Shown here in pieces: positions 29,748 to 40,098 of a stretch of 64,000 nucleotides of DNA. The position numbers and the translations under genes are program-made. This DNA comes from a virus (Duplodnaviria; Caudoviricetes), in the IMG/VR virus record IMGVR_UViG_3300028909_000001. One strand, written 5' to 3'. The stretch's first letter is position 1. Each line of letters begins with the position of its first letter. The notes beneath the pieces are model-generated. The model saw only the letters and a list, made by a program, of their open reading frames with translations, had not been told where the DNA came from and ran no database searches.

Positions 29748-29986
29748 CACAAAAGGAATATAAAGTAGGAGATGTGGTTGATTTTGAGGTTAGTAATTTG
29801 AAAGGAATAGGAACTATAACACCATATAATGGAGACATAATGTATGCTGTAATTATAGAGGAATTTCCCGGTATACCTAGTAGAACTAAATGGCATATAT
29901 TTCCTGATGAAATAACAGGTATACATGTTGAACCTAGAATAGAATTTGACATCACAAAAGATAGAAGATTAGAGTTAGAACTATGA
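29744..29986 (+). CDS. KOW/SH3-like small protein with tail (DRRLELEL)
   Basis: EYKVGDVVDF. Confidence 0.7.
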   Translation: MTQKEYKVGDVVDFEVSNLKGIGTITPYNGDIMYAVIIEEFPGIPSRTKWHIFPDEITGIHVEPRIEFDITKDRRLELEL

Positions 29987-30237
29987 ATGAATTTGAAGAA
30001 GGAATGAAAGTTATAGTTACTTTTTATAGCGGTAATAAAGCTGTAGGAATAATAATATGGTATGCTGATGATACTTCCTATGAAGTTGAAGTCTTGCATT
30101 ATACAGAAATTAATGATAAAGAGAAAACGGTGGAGACATTTCCAAATCCTTATAGTAACATTAACTTCATAAATACCGAAGCAATACCAAGTAGAACAGA
30201 GAATCCTTTTGATAGAAAATTGGAACCAGATCTATGA
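29983..30237 (+). CDS. KOW/SH3-like small protein with tail (DRKLEPDL)
   Basis: Paralog of 6879 (VTFYSGNKA...ENPFDRKLE). Confidence 0.7.
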   Translation: MNEFEEGMKVIVTFYSGNKAVGIIIWYADDTSYEVEVLHYTEINDKEKTVETFPNPYSNINFINTEAIPSRTENPFDRKLEPDL

Positions 30238-30485
30238 GTGAATATAAAGTAGGAGATGTTGTAGTTTATTGGTCTATTAGTTCTAACTCAGAGGCAGTTG
30301 CTAAGATAGTCGAAACCGATTGGACTAGTTTTAATTATTTAAGGGTAATTATAATAAAACATGATCATCTTAGTGCAGGTACATCAATTTATTTAACAGA
30401 GAGTGAAATAATAAGATTGGACGGTCCCATTATAAAACACTGTTTTGATATTATGTTAGATAGAAGATTAGATTTGGAACTATAA
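30234..30485 (+). CDS. KOW/SH3-like small protein with tail (DRRLDLEL)
   Basis: MSEYKVGDVV. Confidence 0.7.
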   Translation: MSEYKVGDVVVYWSISSNSEAVAKIVETDWTSFNYLRVIIIKHDHLSAGTSIYLTESEIIRLDGPIIKHCFDIMLDRRLDLEL

Positions 30486-31328
30486 GTAACTGTTTTACCT
30501 TATATACCACATTCTCTACTCCAATCTACCACTCTCTCCCCATAATCCTCCCCATCACTCACAATTTCAACTACTTACGAAACTTGTATTAACTCTATAT
30601 AATAACTTTCCAACTATATGAATCCTAAAGTAGAACTAATAAAAATAAACAAAATCCCAATTAGTATAGGTGTGGATAAATACGTATTCCCTATTAAAAA
30701 TAGTATAGTACATCATAACCAAGACTCACTACTAGGCTCTACTATAGTATCAGATCCAGGTTATAGTGTATTAGGATTTCGCCGTGACCCTAAAGCTCTA
30801 TCCAACCATAATCTAGCCTTTGAACTAGCAGAACTAGCCTGGAAAATACAAGAATTTGATCTTATATATGAAAACACTAGCTAACTACCTCAATGACCCG
30901 GATAATGACTTAACTGTTGAACTTGATGCTGAATTATTAAAGAAGATTCAACTAGATACTCTTTATAGTCTATTAATTAAGAGTACTGAAGCCTTAAATC
31001 TGCCTGCTATCTCTAAGGAGCATACTGATATAATGGTAATTCATTTAATCCTTAATGAAATAGAACTTTTGAAATATGGATTCAACATTAAAGAAGTGTA
31101 AGAAACTAATAACCTGGGCTGAGCATGAAATTAAAGATTGAATACTTGAAACTACTATATAAAAGAGTACTTAACTGTATATACTATGCTTGTTTGACTG
31201 ACCAATACTTAAGTTGTATAGTACTAATTATAGTTTATCCTATATCTCTTATTATAGTGAATCTATATAACAAAGTTGTAATTAAAGATAGTAAACCTAA
31301 TTGTTGGAATGATTTTTTCTTCTAAGAT

Positions 31329-31652
31329 ATGACAATAACAAAAAGAGCTGATAGATGGTATGACGAACGAGGTAATAGTTGGTTATCAGAAGAATTAGCT
31401 ACTTTATACTCACCTACCTTAACTAATTGTAGTTATTGTGATGATTGTAGTAATTGTAGAAATTGTAGTAGTTGTAGTAATTGTAGTAGTTGTAGAGATT
31501 GTATTAGTTGTTATGATTGTAACGATTGTAAATATGTCTGTTGCCTGACAGACAGAACAAGATTTACTGCTCAATTCGAACCTGCTACAGAAGATACTAT
31601 AATAAGACCTGAACTTGACATTAATAATAGAAGACTTGAAATTGAACTATGA
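31329..31652 (+). CDS. Cys-x-x repeat protein with tail (DINNRRLEIEL)
   Basis: Head, repeats and tail. Confidence 0.85.
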   Translation: MTITKRADRWYDERGNSWLSEELATLYSPTLTNCSYCDDCSNCRNCSSCSNCSSCRDCISCYDCNDCKYVCCLTDRTRFTAQFEPATEDTIIRPELDINNRRLEIEL

Positions 31653-31915
31653 ATGAATTTAATATAGGTGACATTATTTCTGTAACATTTACTTTTTCTG
31701 GTAATCAAGCTATTGGTGTTGTAATTGACGATGATAATTTTATGATCACGTCTTATACTAAAGTACTTAAACCAGACTATGTAGTTAAAGGTTTATCAGA
31801 CCGTGAACCTCTTTATGGATGTAATATAAGGAATATTCAACTAGTATCACGGAGTATTAGACAAGAAGTTAGACAAGAAGACCCATTTTCCCGTAACCTA
31901 GACCCATATCTATGA
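31649..31915 (+). CDS. KOW/SH3-like small protein with tail (SRNLDPYL)
   Basis: MNEFNIGDIISV. Confidence 0.7.
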   Translation: MNEFNIGDIISVTFTFSGNQAIGVVIDDDNFMITSYTKVLKPDYVVKGLSDREPLYGCNIRNIQLVSRSIRQEVRQEDPFSRNLDPYL

Positions 31916-32361
31916 ATGAAGAATACCTTAAACTAGTTAAAGAACTGCAAACTACAGTAAAAATTGAATTGGACAAAGCTCCACTAAAAGATAATTACTC
32001 CCCAAACTATCCTGAAGCATCTGTTAATACCTTGGCAGTTAATATAGGTATTATTATAGATGATAGATTTAGTGTTAATGACTTATCCAATACTAACACT
32101 ATAAACCCTCCTATTAAGCTCTATTGGCTCCAGGTCACGTCCTATAATGATTTTGAAGTCTTCCTGTCTACTAGAGGTATTCCAGCCTATATCTCATTTG
32201 ACGGTGATCTAGGCCCTAAAGTAAAGGATGGTGAGGATTGCGCCAAACTACTTGTAAAGGTATGTAAGGCCAATAAGTTGAAAGAACTACCTCAATACGA
32301 ATGTCACTCCCCTACCCTCTCTAAGAAACAGAAGATAGAAGAGATACTATTAAACTATTGA
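31912..32361 (+). CDS. Cyclic-phosphate-processing receiver-like domain protein
   Basis: ISFDGDLG...DGEDCAKLL...CHS pattern. Confidence 0.6.
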   Translation: MNEEYLKLVKELQTTVKIELDKAPLKDNYSPNYPEASVNTLAVNIGIIIDDRFSVNDLSNTNTINPPIKLYWLQVTSYNDFEVFLSTRGIPAYISFDGDLGPKVKDGEDCAKLLVKVCKANKLKELPQYECHSPTLSKKQKIEEILLNY

Positions 32362-32364
32362 TTA

Positions 32365-32664
32365 ATGAGAACAGAGCTTGAATGTAATAAGAGAGACTTG
32401 GAGGATCATCTATTATCAGAAGCTATTGAAAGCTTTAGTAATATTCTCTCTAATAATGGTTGTAATGATCTTTATATACCGAATACTGAGGAAGCTAGGC
32501 TACTTTGGGATGAATATCAAGCTTGGAACCTCAAAACTCCTTTAACCGAGCTTAAAGGACATGTAGATTACTGGCCACCCTACGTCGATTCCAAGAATAG
32601 GTTAGTAGTATATGATTCTTTATTCATATACTTATTGCGAAAACGTACAGGTTTGCTAGATTAG
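32365..32664 (+). CDS. Hypothetical protein
   Basis: ORF. Confidence 0.55.
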   Translation: MRTELECNKRDLEDHLLSEAIESFSNILSNNGCNDLYIPNTEEARLLWDEYQAWNLKTPLTELKGHVDYWPPYVDSKNRLVVYDSLFIYLLRKRTGLLD

Positions 32665-32671
32665 ACTTTAT

Positions 32672-32760
32672 GCCTATGTGGTGGAATTGCTAGACACCCG
32701 GGAATTAAGATCCCGTGACCTTCAAAAGTCGTGCAGGTTGAAGTCCTGCCATGGGCACCA
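32672..32760 (+). tRNA. tRNA-Leu(TAA)
   Basis: CGGGA-ATTAAGA-TCCCG, long variable arm, ACCA. Confidence 0.85.
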
Positions 32761-32968
32761 ATTTAAATAACATTATGGCTCAATTAATAATAAAGAATAT
32801 TACCATGAATCAAGCCAAAGTATTAGCTAGTTACTACCAAAGACAAGGGGAACAACACGCTGAAGTATGGTTTGAAGACAGAAACGAAGAAACACCAATA
32901 GTAGATGTATCAAAATGTCCTTGGTTAATAGTAGATGAAAAAGAAGAAACTGTAACTATTATTTGTAA

Positions 32969-33301
32969 ATGAAACTAACAAAACGAGAAAATGATAGATT
33001 CTATGATGAAAACAATAATAGTTGGATAACAGAACAACTAGCTACTGTATATTCACCTACGCTGATTAATTGTAGATATTGTAGTGATTGTAGTAATTGT
33101 AGTAATTGTAGTAGTTGTATTAGTTGTTATATATGTGTTAATTGTAGTAATTGTAGTGAGTGTTATAGATGTAGAGATTGTATTAGTTTGTATAGACATT
33201 ACAACGAAGAAAAATTAAAACCTCAGAAGTATGACACTGAAGATACTATAATAAGACCTGAACTTGACATTAATAATAGAAGACTTGAAATTGAACTATG
33301 A
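32969..33301 (+). CDS. Cys-x-x repeat protein with tail (DINNRRLEIEL)
   Basis: Tail DNA shared with 31329. Confidence 0.85.
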   Translation: MKLTKRENDRFYDENNNSWITEQLATVYSPTLINCRYCSDCSNCSNCSSCISCYICVNCSNCSECYRCRDCISLYRHYNEEKLKPQKYDTEDTIIRPELDINNRRLEIEL

Positions 33302-34278
33302 CCACCAATAATTTAGAAGAATTTGGTACTAAACTACCAGAACATACAGCTAAATCTAATCAGATTATGATACCTGATGCTATCCTTTATGCTGCACCAG
33401 AAGAAATCAATGTAGCTAATGGATCAGCTCAAACTCCTACTCAATGGACGGAGCCAGTTTCAGGAATGTTTTTATCCACACCTGAAACAATTAAGAAGTT
33501 ACCGTCTAATGTATATAAGTATGTAGCTTATTCAGATAATAAATGGGGTTTTCTGAAAGTTAATATCAATGTTGACGAACTACTATTACTACCTGATAGT
33601 ACTTCAGATCTAGTACTTCAAGAGATTCAAACCTTTCTAGACAATGCGGAAACCTTTAAATACTATGATGTATTGCATAGAAGAGGGTTCTTATTCTATG
33701 GTCCAGCAGGTTCAGGCAAGACTTGCTTAGTACAACAAATCATTAAGAAGGTGATTGACCAGAATGGAGTGATTTTGCTTTGTGATAACCCACAAGCTAT
33801 CGAACTAGGTTTAAGAGACCTTAGAGCAGTTGAGCCAGATAGATTCATAGTTTGTCTATTCGAAGATATTGATGCCTTGATTCAGAGATATGGAGAGAAG
33901 GAGATTCTTGCTATATTAGATGGTGAAAGTCAAATCAACAAAGTCTTGAATATAGGAACAACTAATTACCCTGAAGTATTGGATAGGAGAATCATTAGAC
34001 CTCGTAGATTTGATATGGTGATTAAGATTGACTGGCCTAGTGAAGCAGTTAGACGACATTATTTTAAGAATAAGCTTAAGATTGATGACAAAGAACTGGG
34101 TAAGTGGGTTAACGCCACGGATAAGTTCTCCTTCGCTGCTTGTGCTGAGTTGATGATTAGTGTTAAATGTCTGGGTAAGGATTTTGAGAAAGCAGTGGAA
34201 CATTTACGTGAATTAATGAAACATAAACCAGATAGCCGGGATTTTAACAGCCCTGCAGACTTTAATATAGGACATTAG
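33298..34278 (+). CDS. AAA+ ATPase
   Basis: GPAGSGKT, LFEDID, TTNYPE and IRPRRFD. Confidence 0.9.
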   Translation: MTTNNLEEFGTKLPEHTAKSNQIMIPDAILYAAPEEINVANGSAQTPTQWTEPVSGMFLSTPETIKKLPSNVYKYVAYSDNKWGFLKVNINVDELLLLPDSTSDLVLQEIQTFLDNAETFKYYDVLHRRGFLFYGPAGSGKTCLVQQIIKKVIDQNGVILLCDNPQAIELGLRDLRAVEPDRFIVCLFEDIDALIQRYGEKEILAILDGESQINKVLNIGTTNYPEVLDRRIIRPRRFDMVIKIDWPSEAVRRHYFKNKLKIDDKELGKWVNATDKFSFAACAELMISVKCLGKDFEKAVEHLRELMKHKPDSRDFNSPADFNIGH

Positions 34279-34382
34279 TTTTAAAGGATAGTTAACTAGT
34301 AAAGTTACTAGAACAGTTTACTAAACTGATTGCTCCTTAACTGGAGTGGGGAGCATTACCTCAGCTATCCTCCAATTTACTT

Positions 34383-34850
34383 ATGAAACTAACAAAAAGA
34401 TATAATAGATGGTATGACGAAAATTATAATAGTTGGGATACTGAAGAATCAGCTACTCAATACTCACCTACCCTAACTAATTGTAGTAGGTGTAGTGATT
34501 GTAGATATTGTAGTCTTTGTAATTATTGTAGTAATTGTAGTAATTGTAATGATTGTATTACTTGTATTAATTGTAGTGATTGTACTCGTTGTATTAATTG
34601 TAGAGGTTGTATTTGTTGTAATCAGTGTATAAGTTGTAGTGATTGTAGTAATTGTAGTAGGTGTACTAGTTGTAATCGTTGTAGCGGTTGTAGCGGTTGT
34701 AGTGATTGTACTCGTTGTATTGATTGTAGTTGGTGTAGTTTACTTATAGATAGAATAAGATTTTTCCCACAAACTGGCCCTGACAACTCGGAACTAATAA
34801 CTAGAAAAGAAATAGCATTAACAGATCGAAATCTGGAACCATTTTTATGA
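34383..34850 (+). CDS. Cys-x-x repeat protein with tail (DRNLEPFL)
   Basis: Head, repeats and tail. Confidence 0.85.
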   Translation: MKLTKRYNRWYDENYNSWDTEESATQYSPTLTNCSRCSDCRYCSLCNYCSNCSNCNDCITCINCSDCTRCINCRGCICCNQCISCSDCSNCSRCTSCNRCSGCSGCSDCTRCIDCSWCSLLIDRIRFFPQTGPDNSELITRKEIALTDRNLEPFL

Positions 34851-35176
34851 AAATAAAACCAGGCTTTGAAGAAGAATTTGAAGTAGCCAAGACTTTAATA
34901 CATAAACATACTGATGCTATAATCAAATATGTTAATGATTGGAGTTTGGCGATGGAGAACTGTATAGCTGAAGGTCAATCATTAAAAGATATAGCCATGC
35001 CTTTAAGTGAACAGATTTCTATTATAGATAGCAGGCCTGACCATGTTAAAGTTATGGCCGCTATACTATTAATGAACTGTTGGATTTATGGGGATGAGTT
35101 GACTGAGATATTTCATCCTAGCCACCTTAACTTTGAGCTGGAACTGCTAAAACAATTAAAGTTTGCTAATTACTAG
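34847..35176 (+). CDS. Hypothetical protein
   Basis: Coupled ORF. Confidence 0.6.
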   Translation: MKIKPGFEEEFEVAKTLIHKHTDAIIKYVNDWSLAMENCIAEGQSLKDIAMPLSEQISIIDSRPDHVKVMAAILLMNCWIYGDELTEIFHPSHLNFELELLKQLKFANY

Positions 35177-35179
35177 AAT

Positions 35180-35255
35180 GAGGGTGTAGTGAAATAGCAT
35201 ATAATAACTCTTTCCTAAAGAGTAGTTACAGGTTGAAATCCTGTCATCCTTACCA
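35180..35255 (+). tRNA. tRNA-Arg(CCT)
   Basis: ACTCT-TTCCTAA-AGAGT; ACCA. Confidence 0.8.
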
Positions 35256-35264
35256 AATTAAACC

Positions 35265-35357
35265 ATGAAACTAGACGATCAAACAAAAGACAACATTATT
35301 GAAATCTTATGGGCAGTATTCTTTGTATTATTGCTCTTAAAGATATTCATATTTTAA
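35265..35357 (+). CDS. Small membrane peptide (30 aa)
   Basis: MKLDDQTKDNIIEILWAVFFVLLLLKIFIF; below the ORF-track cutoff. Confidence 0.5.
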   Translation: MKLDDQTKDNIIEILWAVFFVLLLLKIFIF

Positions 35358-35361
35358 CTTT

Positions 35362-35505
35362 ATGAAACTGCAAAAAATACTAGAAGCCTGTTTATGGATA
35401 ACTCTTATTATCTTCATAAGTGCTATAGCGGCTCTTACACATCACTTTTTACTAACTATTCTGTTTTCGATTTTTTGTTTACTCTTTATTGGTTATAAAA
35501 CTTGA
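35362..35505 (+). CDS. Small membrane peptide (47 aa, two hydrophobic segments)
   Basis: MKLQKILEACLWITLIIFISAIAALTHHFLLTILFSIFCLLFIGYKT. Confidence 0.5.
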   Translation: MKLQKILEACLWITLIIFISAIAALTHHFLLTILFSIFCLLFIGYKT

Positions 35506-35569
35506 AAATATCATTATCATTGTTGTATATAATAACACTATTCACAAAAACCTTGAATTTACAAACTAA

Positions 35570-35734
35570 ATGAAACCAGACAAAAAGAAGAAAGACCTTT
35601 TAATGCTACTATGCGTTATTGGTGGGATGAGCTTGTTTGCAGGCATGACACATACCCCAATACTATTAGTAGCAATTCCGGTTTACCTTTATCTCTATCT
35701 AGACGACCTTGATAAAGATATCAATGAAGATTAA
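35570..35734 (+). CDS. Small membrane peptide (54 aa)
   Basis: MKPDKKKKDLLMLLCVIGGMSLFAG... Confidence 0.5.
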   Translation: MKPDKKKKDLLMLLCVIGGMSLFAGMTHTPILLVAIPVYLYLYLDDLDKDINED

Positions 35735-35740
35735 CACAAA

Positions 35741-36325
35741 ATGAACAATAAACTAACTGTATTTTTAGACTTGGATGGCACTATTGTAGACTGGTTGGAT
35801 AAGATGAGAAAAGAATGTAAATTACCAATCAGTGCATTTACTCAATTTTATGAGAATCCAGACTCTCTAACTGAGGAAGCAATTACTGAATTATTTGGAG
35901 GAGAAAATAAATTTCGCAAACTAATGTATAACAGAAGTGCTAAATTCTGGTATACTCTTGATAGCTTTTGGTGGATGGAATATCTGATAGTCCAGTTAAA
36001 AAATAACTTTAATGAAGTTGCCTTCTTTACTAGCCCTGGAGATAACCCTGAAGCTGGGAAGGGTAAGATTTTATGGCAACAAAAGCATTATCCAGAGATT
36101 CCTCTTATTATGGGGAAACACAAGCATTTATGTGCTGGTCCTAATAAAGTATTAATAGATGATAACTATAGGAAGATTGGTAGGTTTATTGAATATGGAG
36201 GTTATGGCATTCTTTGGCCTAATCAGTTTCATGTAGCTAAGTTTAATGCCGGTAGAACGTACTCACTTATTTCTGATATAGTAGCTGAAATTCTAGCTTA
36301 CCAGAAATACCATACCTTGATTTAA
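35741..36325 (+). CDS. HAD-family 5'(3')-deoxyribonucleotidase
   Basis: LDLDGTIVD, FTSP, GK..W and LIDD. Confidence 0.85.
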   Translation: MNNKLTVFLDLDGTIVDWLDKMRKECKLPISAFTQFYENPDSLTEEAITELFGGENKFRKLMYNRSAKFWYTLDSFWWMEYLIVQLKNNFNEVAFFTSPGDNPEAGKGKILWQQKHYPEIPLIMGKHKHLCAGPNKVLIDDNYRKIGRFIEYGGYGILWPNQFHVAKFNAGRTYSLISDIVAEILAYQKYHTLI

Positions 36326-36326
36326 T

Positions 36327-36998
36327 ATGTCTGACCTCATTTTTAGTCGTGAAGTGCTTAAGTTGAATAAAAATCATTTACCTATAGGATTCTTCACGCC
36401 TAAAGATGTATTTACAGCTTTGGCTAATTATATGGTTGATAGAAGACAGAACTATATACTGGATGTTAAAGGTAATAAAATGCGCAAGATGCTGGCTTAT
36501 GATATTACTTATGAACAGATAGATGATGACCTATACGACTTCTCCAAACTTCTTAATATGCGGGTAGTTGACTGGGATGAATGGATAACCTTGCCAGTAA
36601 GGAGTTATGATCTATTCGTACATACCCCTAACCTTGTAGTAAGAGTGCCTAGAGTAGTTGTAAGTCTGGCTTGTGAAGAAATGCCTAAAGTTCGATATAA
36701 TACTAGCTTAAAATCTGTTTATAACCTGTATGAAGGTATTTGTCAGATAAGTAAGAAAAGATTAACAATGAAGGAGGCTAGTCGTGATCATGTAATACCT
36801 GTCTCTAAAGGTGGCGAAAATAAGCTAAATAACATCATCTTGGTCGATAGATGTATTAATAGCAGAATGGGTAATAAGTATAAACATGAGTTAGGATTGC
36901 CAGAGATTAAACCTAAAACCCCTAAAACCATGCCGGTAAAAGATACATTAAGAAATATTAAAGGTGTTCCGGAATGGGAATACTGGTTAAAAAGATGA
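36327..36998 (+). CDS. HNH endonuclease (McrA-like)
   Basis: SRDHVIPVSKGGENKLNNI...CINSRMGN. Confidence 0.8.
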   Translation: MSDLIFSREVLKLNKNHLPIGFFTPKDVFTALANYMVDRRQNYILDVKGNKMRKMLAYDITYEQIDDDLYDFSKLLNMRVVDWDEWITLPVRSYDLFVHTPNLVVRVPRVVVSLACEEMPKVRYNTSLKSVYNLYEGICQISKKRLTMKEASRDHVIPVSKGGENKLNNIILVDRCINSRMGNKYKHELGLPEIKPKTPKTMPVKDTLRNIKGVPEWEYWLKR

Positions 36999-37372
36999 GT
37001 ACTATATTAAAGAGTGAATATCTTTATAATGATAATGATAATCATGATAAAGTATATAATGTGACGCTAAAAGAAGTGGAAGGACAAATCACAACAGGTA
37101 CAGTTATTGATTTTGTAGTTACTGCCGAATATGGTAGGAGAGGTTCGGTTTTAAAGACCATAACTAAATATGATGGCATTAGCTATGGTAAAGCTAAAGA
37201 AATTTATACATCTTTAATAGCAGAAAAAATAGCCAAAGGTTACAATAAAGGACCTAAAAGAAAGAAGGTCAAATCCGAACCTGAATTGAAACCTAAACTG
37301 AAACCAAAGAAGTTGGAAACCCAGGAGCTAAACGATGTACCTTTTAGAAGATTAGACTTTGGTGACTTATGA
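36974..37372 (+). CDS. WGR domain protein with tail variant (RRLDFGDL)
   Basis: DKVYNV...AEYGRRG...KIAKGY. Confidence 0.75.
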   Translation: MGILVKKMSTILKSEYLYNDNDNHDKVYNVTLKEVEGQITTGTVIDFVVTAEYGRRGSVLKTITKYDGISYGKAKEIYTSLIAEKIAKGYNKGPKRKKVKSEPELKPKLKPKKLETQELNDVPFRRLDFGDL

Positions 37373-37875
37373 ATAACAACCTTACTCTTTTTAGTTATGT
37401 TGATAATACTACTTTAACTTTGGCTCAAGGTAGGTTAATTAGTAGTTTTGCCAGACATTTTGGGTATCCTAATAAAGTTATGAGAGGATTGATAGATATG
37501 GATAGGGCGGTACAGGAAAGACTTATTCACTTTGATTTGCCAAATTACGTTATTAGAGATACCTATTATGTAGTTAATGTTAAATTATCCATTAATAAGC
37601 TGTTTTCTGAGAAGTCTTTCTATAAAAGCGATCTGTATTGCCAGTATACCTTAAAAGCCTCAGACCCGGCTAAAACAGATTCGGTATTGGTTGTTTCCAG
37701 CCCAGATCTTTATATAGTTGTTCCTTATGATATTATAGTTAATGGTAAAACAGCTTTGGATCTTTATGGAGGGGGTATATTTTTGAATTATGAAGGCTGT
37801 ACTGGTCAGGTTCTTATACCTATTAAGCACTATTTAGATGGTAAGTTCCCAGACCCCTCCCCTCCCTCAGAATAA
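37369..37875 (+). CDS. Hypothetical protein
   Basis: Coupled ORF. Confidence 0.55.
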   Translation: MNNNLTLFSYVDNTTLTLAQGRLISSFARHFGYPNKVMRGLIDMDRAVQERLIHFDLPNYVIRDTYYVVNVKLSINKLFSEKSFYKSDLYCQYTLKASDPAKTDSVLVVSSPDLYIVVPYDIIVNGKTALDLYGGGIFLNYEGCTGQVLIPIKHYLDGKFPDPSPPSE

Positions 37876-38102
37876 TGGTTTTTTTAGGTATAATAATCTG
37901 AATAGGAGTTTTTTGACTTGCAGATTCATTTTTAGTACCTAACAAGTACTGGTTTATCTTCAAATCATTAAACATGCCTGATAGACAAATTAGACAAACC
38001 AAACAAATTGGCCCAAAAGAGAAAGGCTTCATATGAAATTCGGTTAGCTACTAAACTAGGCAAAAAGACCTTCGGCTTTAAAATTAAATTTGAACCTTAA
38101 CC

Positions 38103-38150
38103 CTCCCCTCCATCAATTGTTGTAGTGATTGATGGAGGGGAGCTTATTTT
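38103..38150 (+). terminator. Rho-independent terminator
   Basis: CTCCCCTCCATCAAT/ATTGATGGAGGGGAG 15-bp stem followed by CTTATTTT. Confidence 0.75.
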
Positions 38151-38397
38151 AACCTATTTTAACCTATTTTAACTTATGTTTAACCATACTTGTACACAAT
38201 GTAAGAAAGATTTCCAGACTCAGGACAATAAGCCTACCAAAATTGTAGCTGGTATTGCAATCCATCACCTCTATCCAAAAACTGACACCCCTAACACTTT
38301 TTGCACTATTAGATGTGCTAGACAATTTTGTGCTGACATTGCTACTAAAGATATGGTAGTGGATGCAGCTATTCTAAGGTAAACCCTATTAAATACT

Positions 38398-38787
38398 ATG
38401 ACTAGAAAAGAACGTAAACTTGCTGCTGAAAATAAGAAGGCAGGGGTTGTCCAAGATTTTATCTCTACATTCGACCGGTATCCTGAGCTATCTGTTAAAG
38501 CCAGGTTACTCAAAGTTGCTGACCTAGCTCAAAATTTGTGTAAACAACATCCTCAAGAAAAATCGATAGTGGATGAAGCATTTAATGCAGCTCTTGAACG
38601 CTTAAAAGAACAAGTTGCTAATTTAACTAAGAAAGAGGAAGACTCAGTCAAACTAACTCCTGAGCAAATAGCTAATTGGAGACTAGTACTTATGTCTGAT
38701 TTTCAAATAGGCCCTTACGCCATGATAGCCCCTGATCATGAAATTCAAGCTATTAGGGATAACATTCAAAAACACCTTAACACATAG
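38398..38787 (+). CDS. Hypothetical protein
   Basis: ORF. Confidence 0.6.
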   Translation: MTRKERKLAAENKKAGVVQDFISTFDRYPELSVKARLLKVADLAQNLCKQHPQEKSIVDEAFNAALERLKEQVANLTKKEEDSVKLTPEQIANWRLVLMSDFQIGPYAMIAPDHEIQAIRDNIQKHLNT

Positions 38788-38790
38788 AAT

Positions 38791-39438
38791 ATGAAATCTA
38801 TATTTAAAACAAAAATCGAACCAACCCTCAAAATTGTCTCTTTCAGAGAGTTTGCTACTGAGGTTGTTCCAGCTATTATAAGGGAACAGCCTTCTTTCAA
38901 GTTCACTGATGGTTGGTGTTTAGGTGAAATTGAAAGAATCACATTGGATCGAGGAATTGATACGTTAATGGGTGGTGGAGATAATAACTATCATTATACT
39001 GAACTTGATCCTGATACCAAAGTGCATATTACTACTACAGGCTTTCGTGTATCTCAAGATAAGTTACAATTCATCCTTGTTCTTCCTACAAAAGCTCTTG
39101 GAAACTTTAGAACCCTCGCTGAATTGGCAGCATATCAGAAGGAAAACAGATTTCACATGTTGATTGATTGTAAGTTTAATGAGTCTGGAGATATGGCTTG
39201 GATTTTTGAAAAGACTAAGAAAGGCATTATTACTCATGTGTTAACTGCTTTTGAAGACTTTGACACTGATCCTACTGTAAATCTTAACAAACAACCAGTT
39301 CATTTTTTACGTTCTGGCAGTATCCAAATCGACTTGCAACTGAGTCAGCTAGATCAATATACATCCGGAGAAGGAATCTTCACATTTATGTCACCTCCTT
39401 CTTGGAATGCCTGGGAAGGAATCTTTAAACGGCTCTGA
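38791..39438 (+). CDS. Hypothetical protein
   Basis: 215-aa ORF. Confidence 0.65.
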   Translation: MKSIFKTKIEPTLKIVSFREFATEVVPAIIREQPSFKFTDGWCLGEIERITLDRGIDTLMGGGDNNYHYTELDPDTKVHITTTGFRVSQDKLQFILVLPTKALGNFRTLAELAAYQKENRFHMLIDCKFNESGDMAWIFEKTKKGIITHVLTAFEDFDTDPTVNLNKQPVHFLRSGSIQIDLQLSQLDQYTSGEGIFTFMSPPSWNAWEGIFKRL

Positions 39439-39469
39439 GATTAAGTTTTCTGAAAAGTCAAATTTGGTG

Positions 39470-39975
39470 GGGAAACATACTAATACTGAATAAAGTGTGA
39501 GCTTTGAGTAAGCTCTTCAGTGTTGGTGCTAGGTAGGTGATTGGTTGTTTGTTAGGAATTTTCCAATCACCTACCTTTAATATTTTTAGCTTTGAACTGG
39601 TGCTGTATTAAATCTGGCTTACTAGACTGAATAGCAATATGGCATGAGCTGTTTATGTTGTCCACTCTTAACCAACTGTCCCGAATTGTCAATACAAGGA
39701 TAGTTCTGTTAAGACGATTGAGTCAGTAAGAAGGGTTCCTTGGCCGGGAATTCTTCTGTTGCAGCATCAGTTCTTTAATTTAGGCAGCATTGCAATAATT
39801 TTTAACTAGAAAAGCTGGTAGAGCGCGGATTCTTGACTAGCTGTATGTAGAGTTGCAGGATTAAACCGTGATCGCTGCAAACCAATCAGTATTAGTTAAA
39901 TGGACTAATTCTTGCTAGTTAGGCATTAAGATACCTCCTATTATTGCAGTGCTGTCTTCTTTTAGTCTTCTTTTT
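39470..39975 (+). ncRNA. Putative large structured non-coding RNA region
   Basis: No ORF in the track; long helices 39531-44/39563-76 (14 bp), 39594-605/39762-73 (12 bp) and 39783-99/39940-56 (17 bp). Confidence 0.5.
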
Positions 39976-40066
39976 TAAGCGGTGTGTAACAGGAACCTCT
40001 AGTTTTAAAGCAAAAAACGGATTGATGAGGTAGTTGCATATTGGTGCTTCTTAAAGGAGAAGGCTT

Positions 40067-40098
40067 GCACCTAGTCTAGTACTAGGTGCTTCAATTTT
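40067..40098 (+). terminator. Terminator-like hairpin just upstream of purA
   Basis: GCACCTAGT/ACTAGGTGC followed by TTCAATTTT. Confidence 0.55.
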
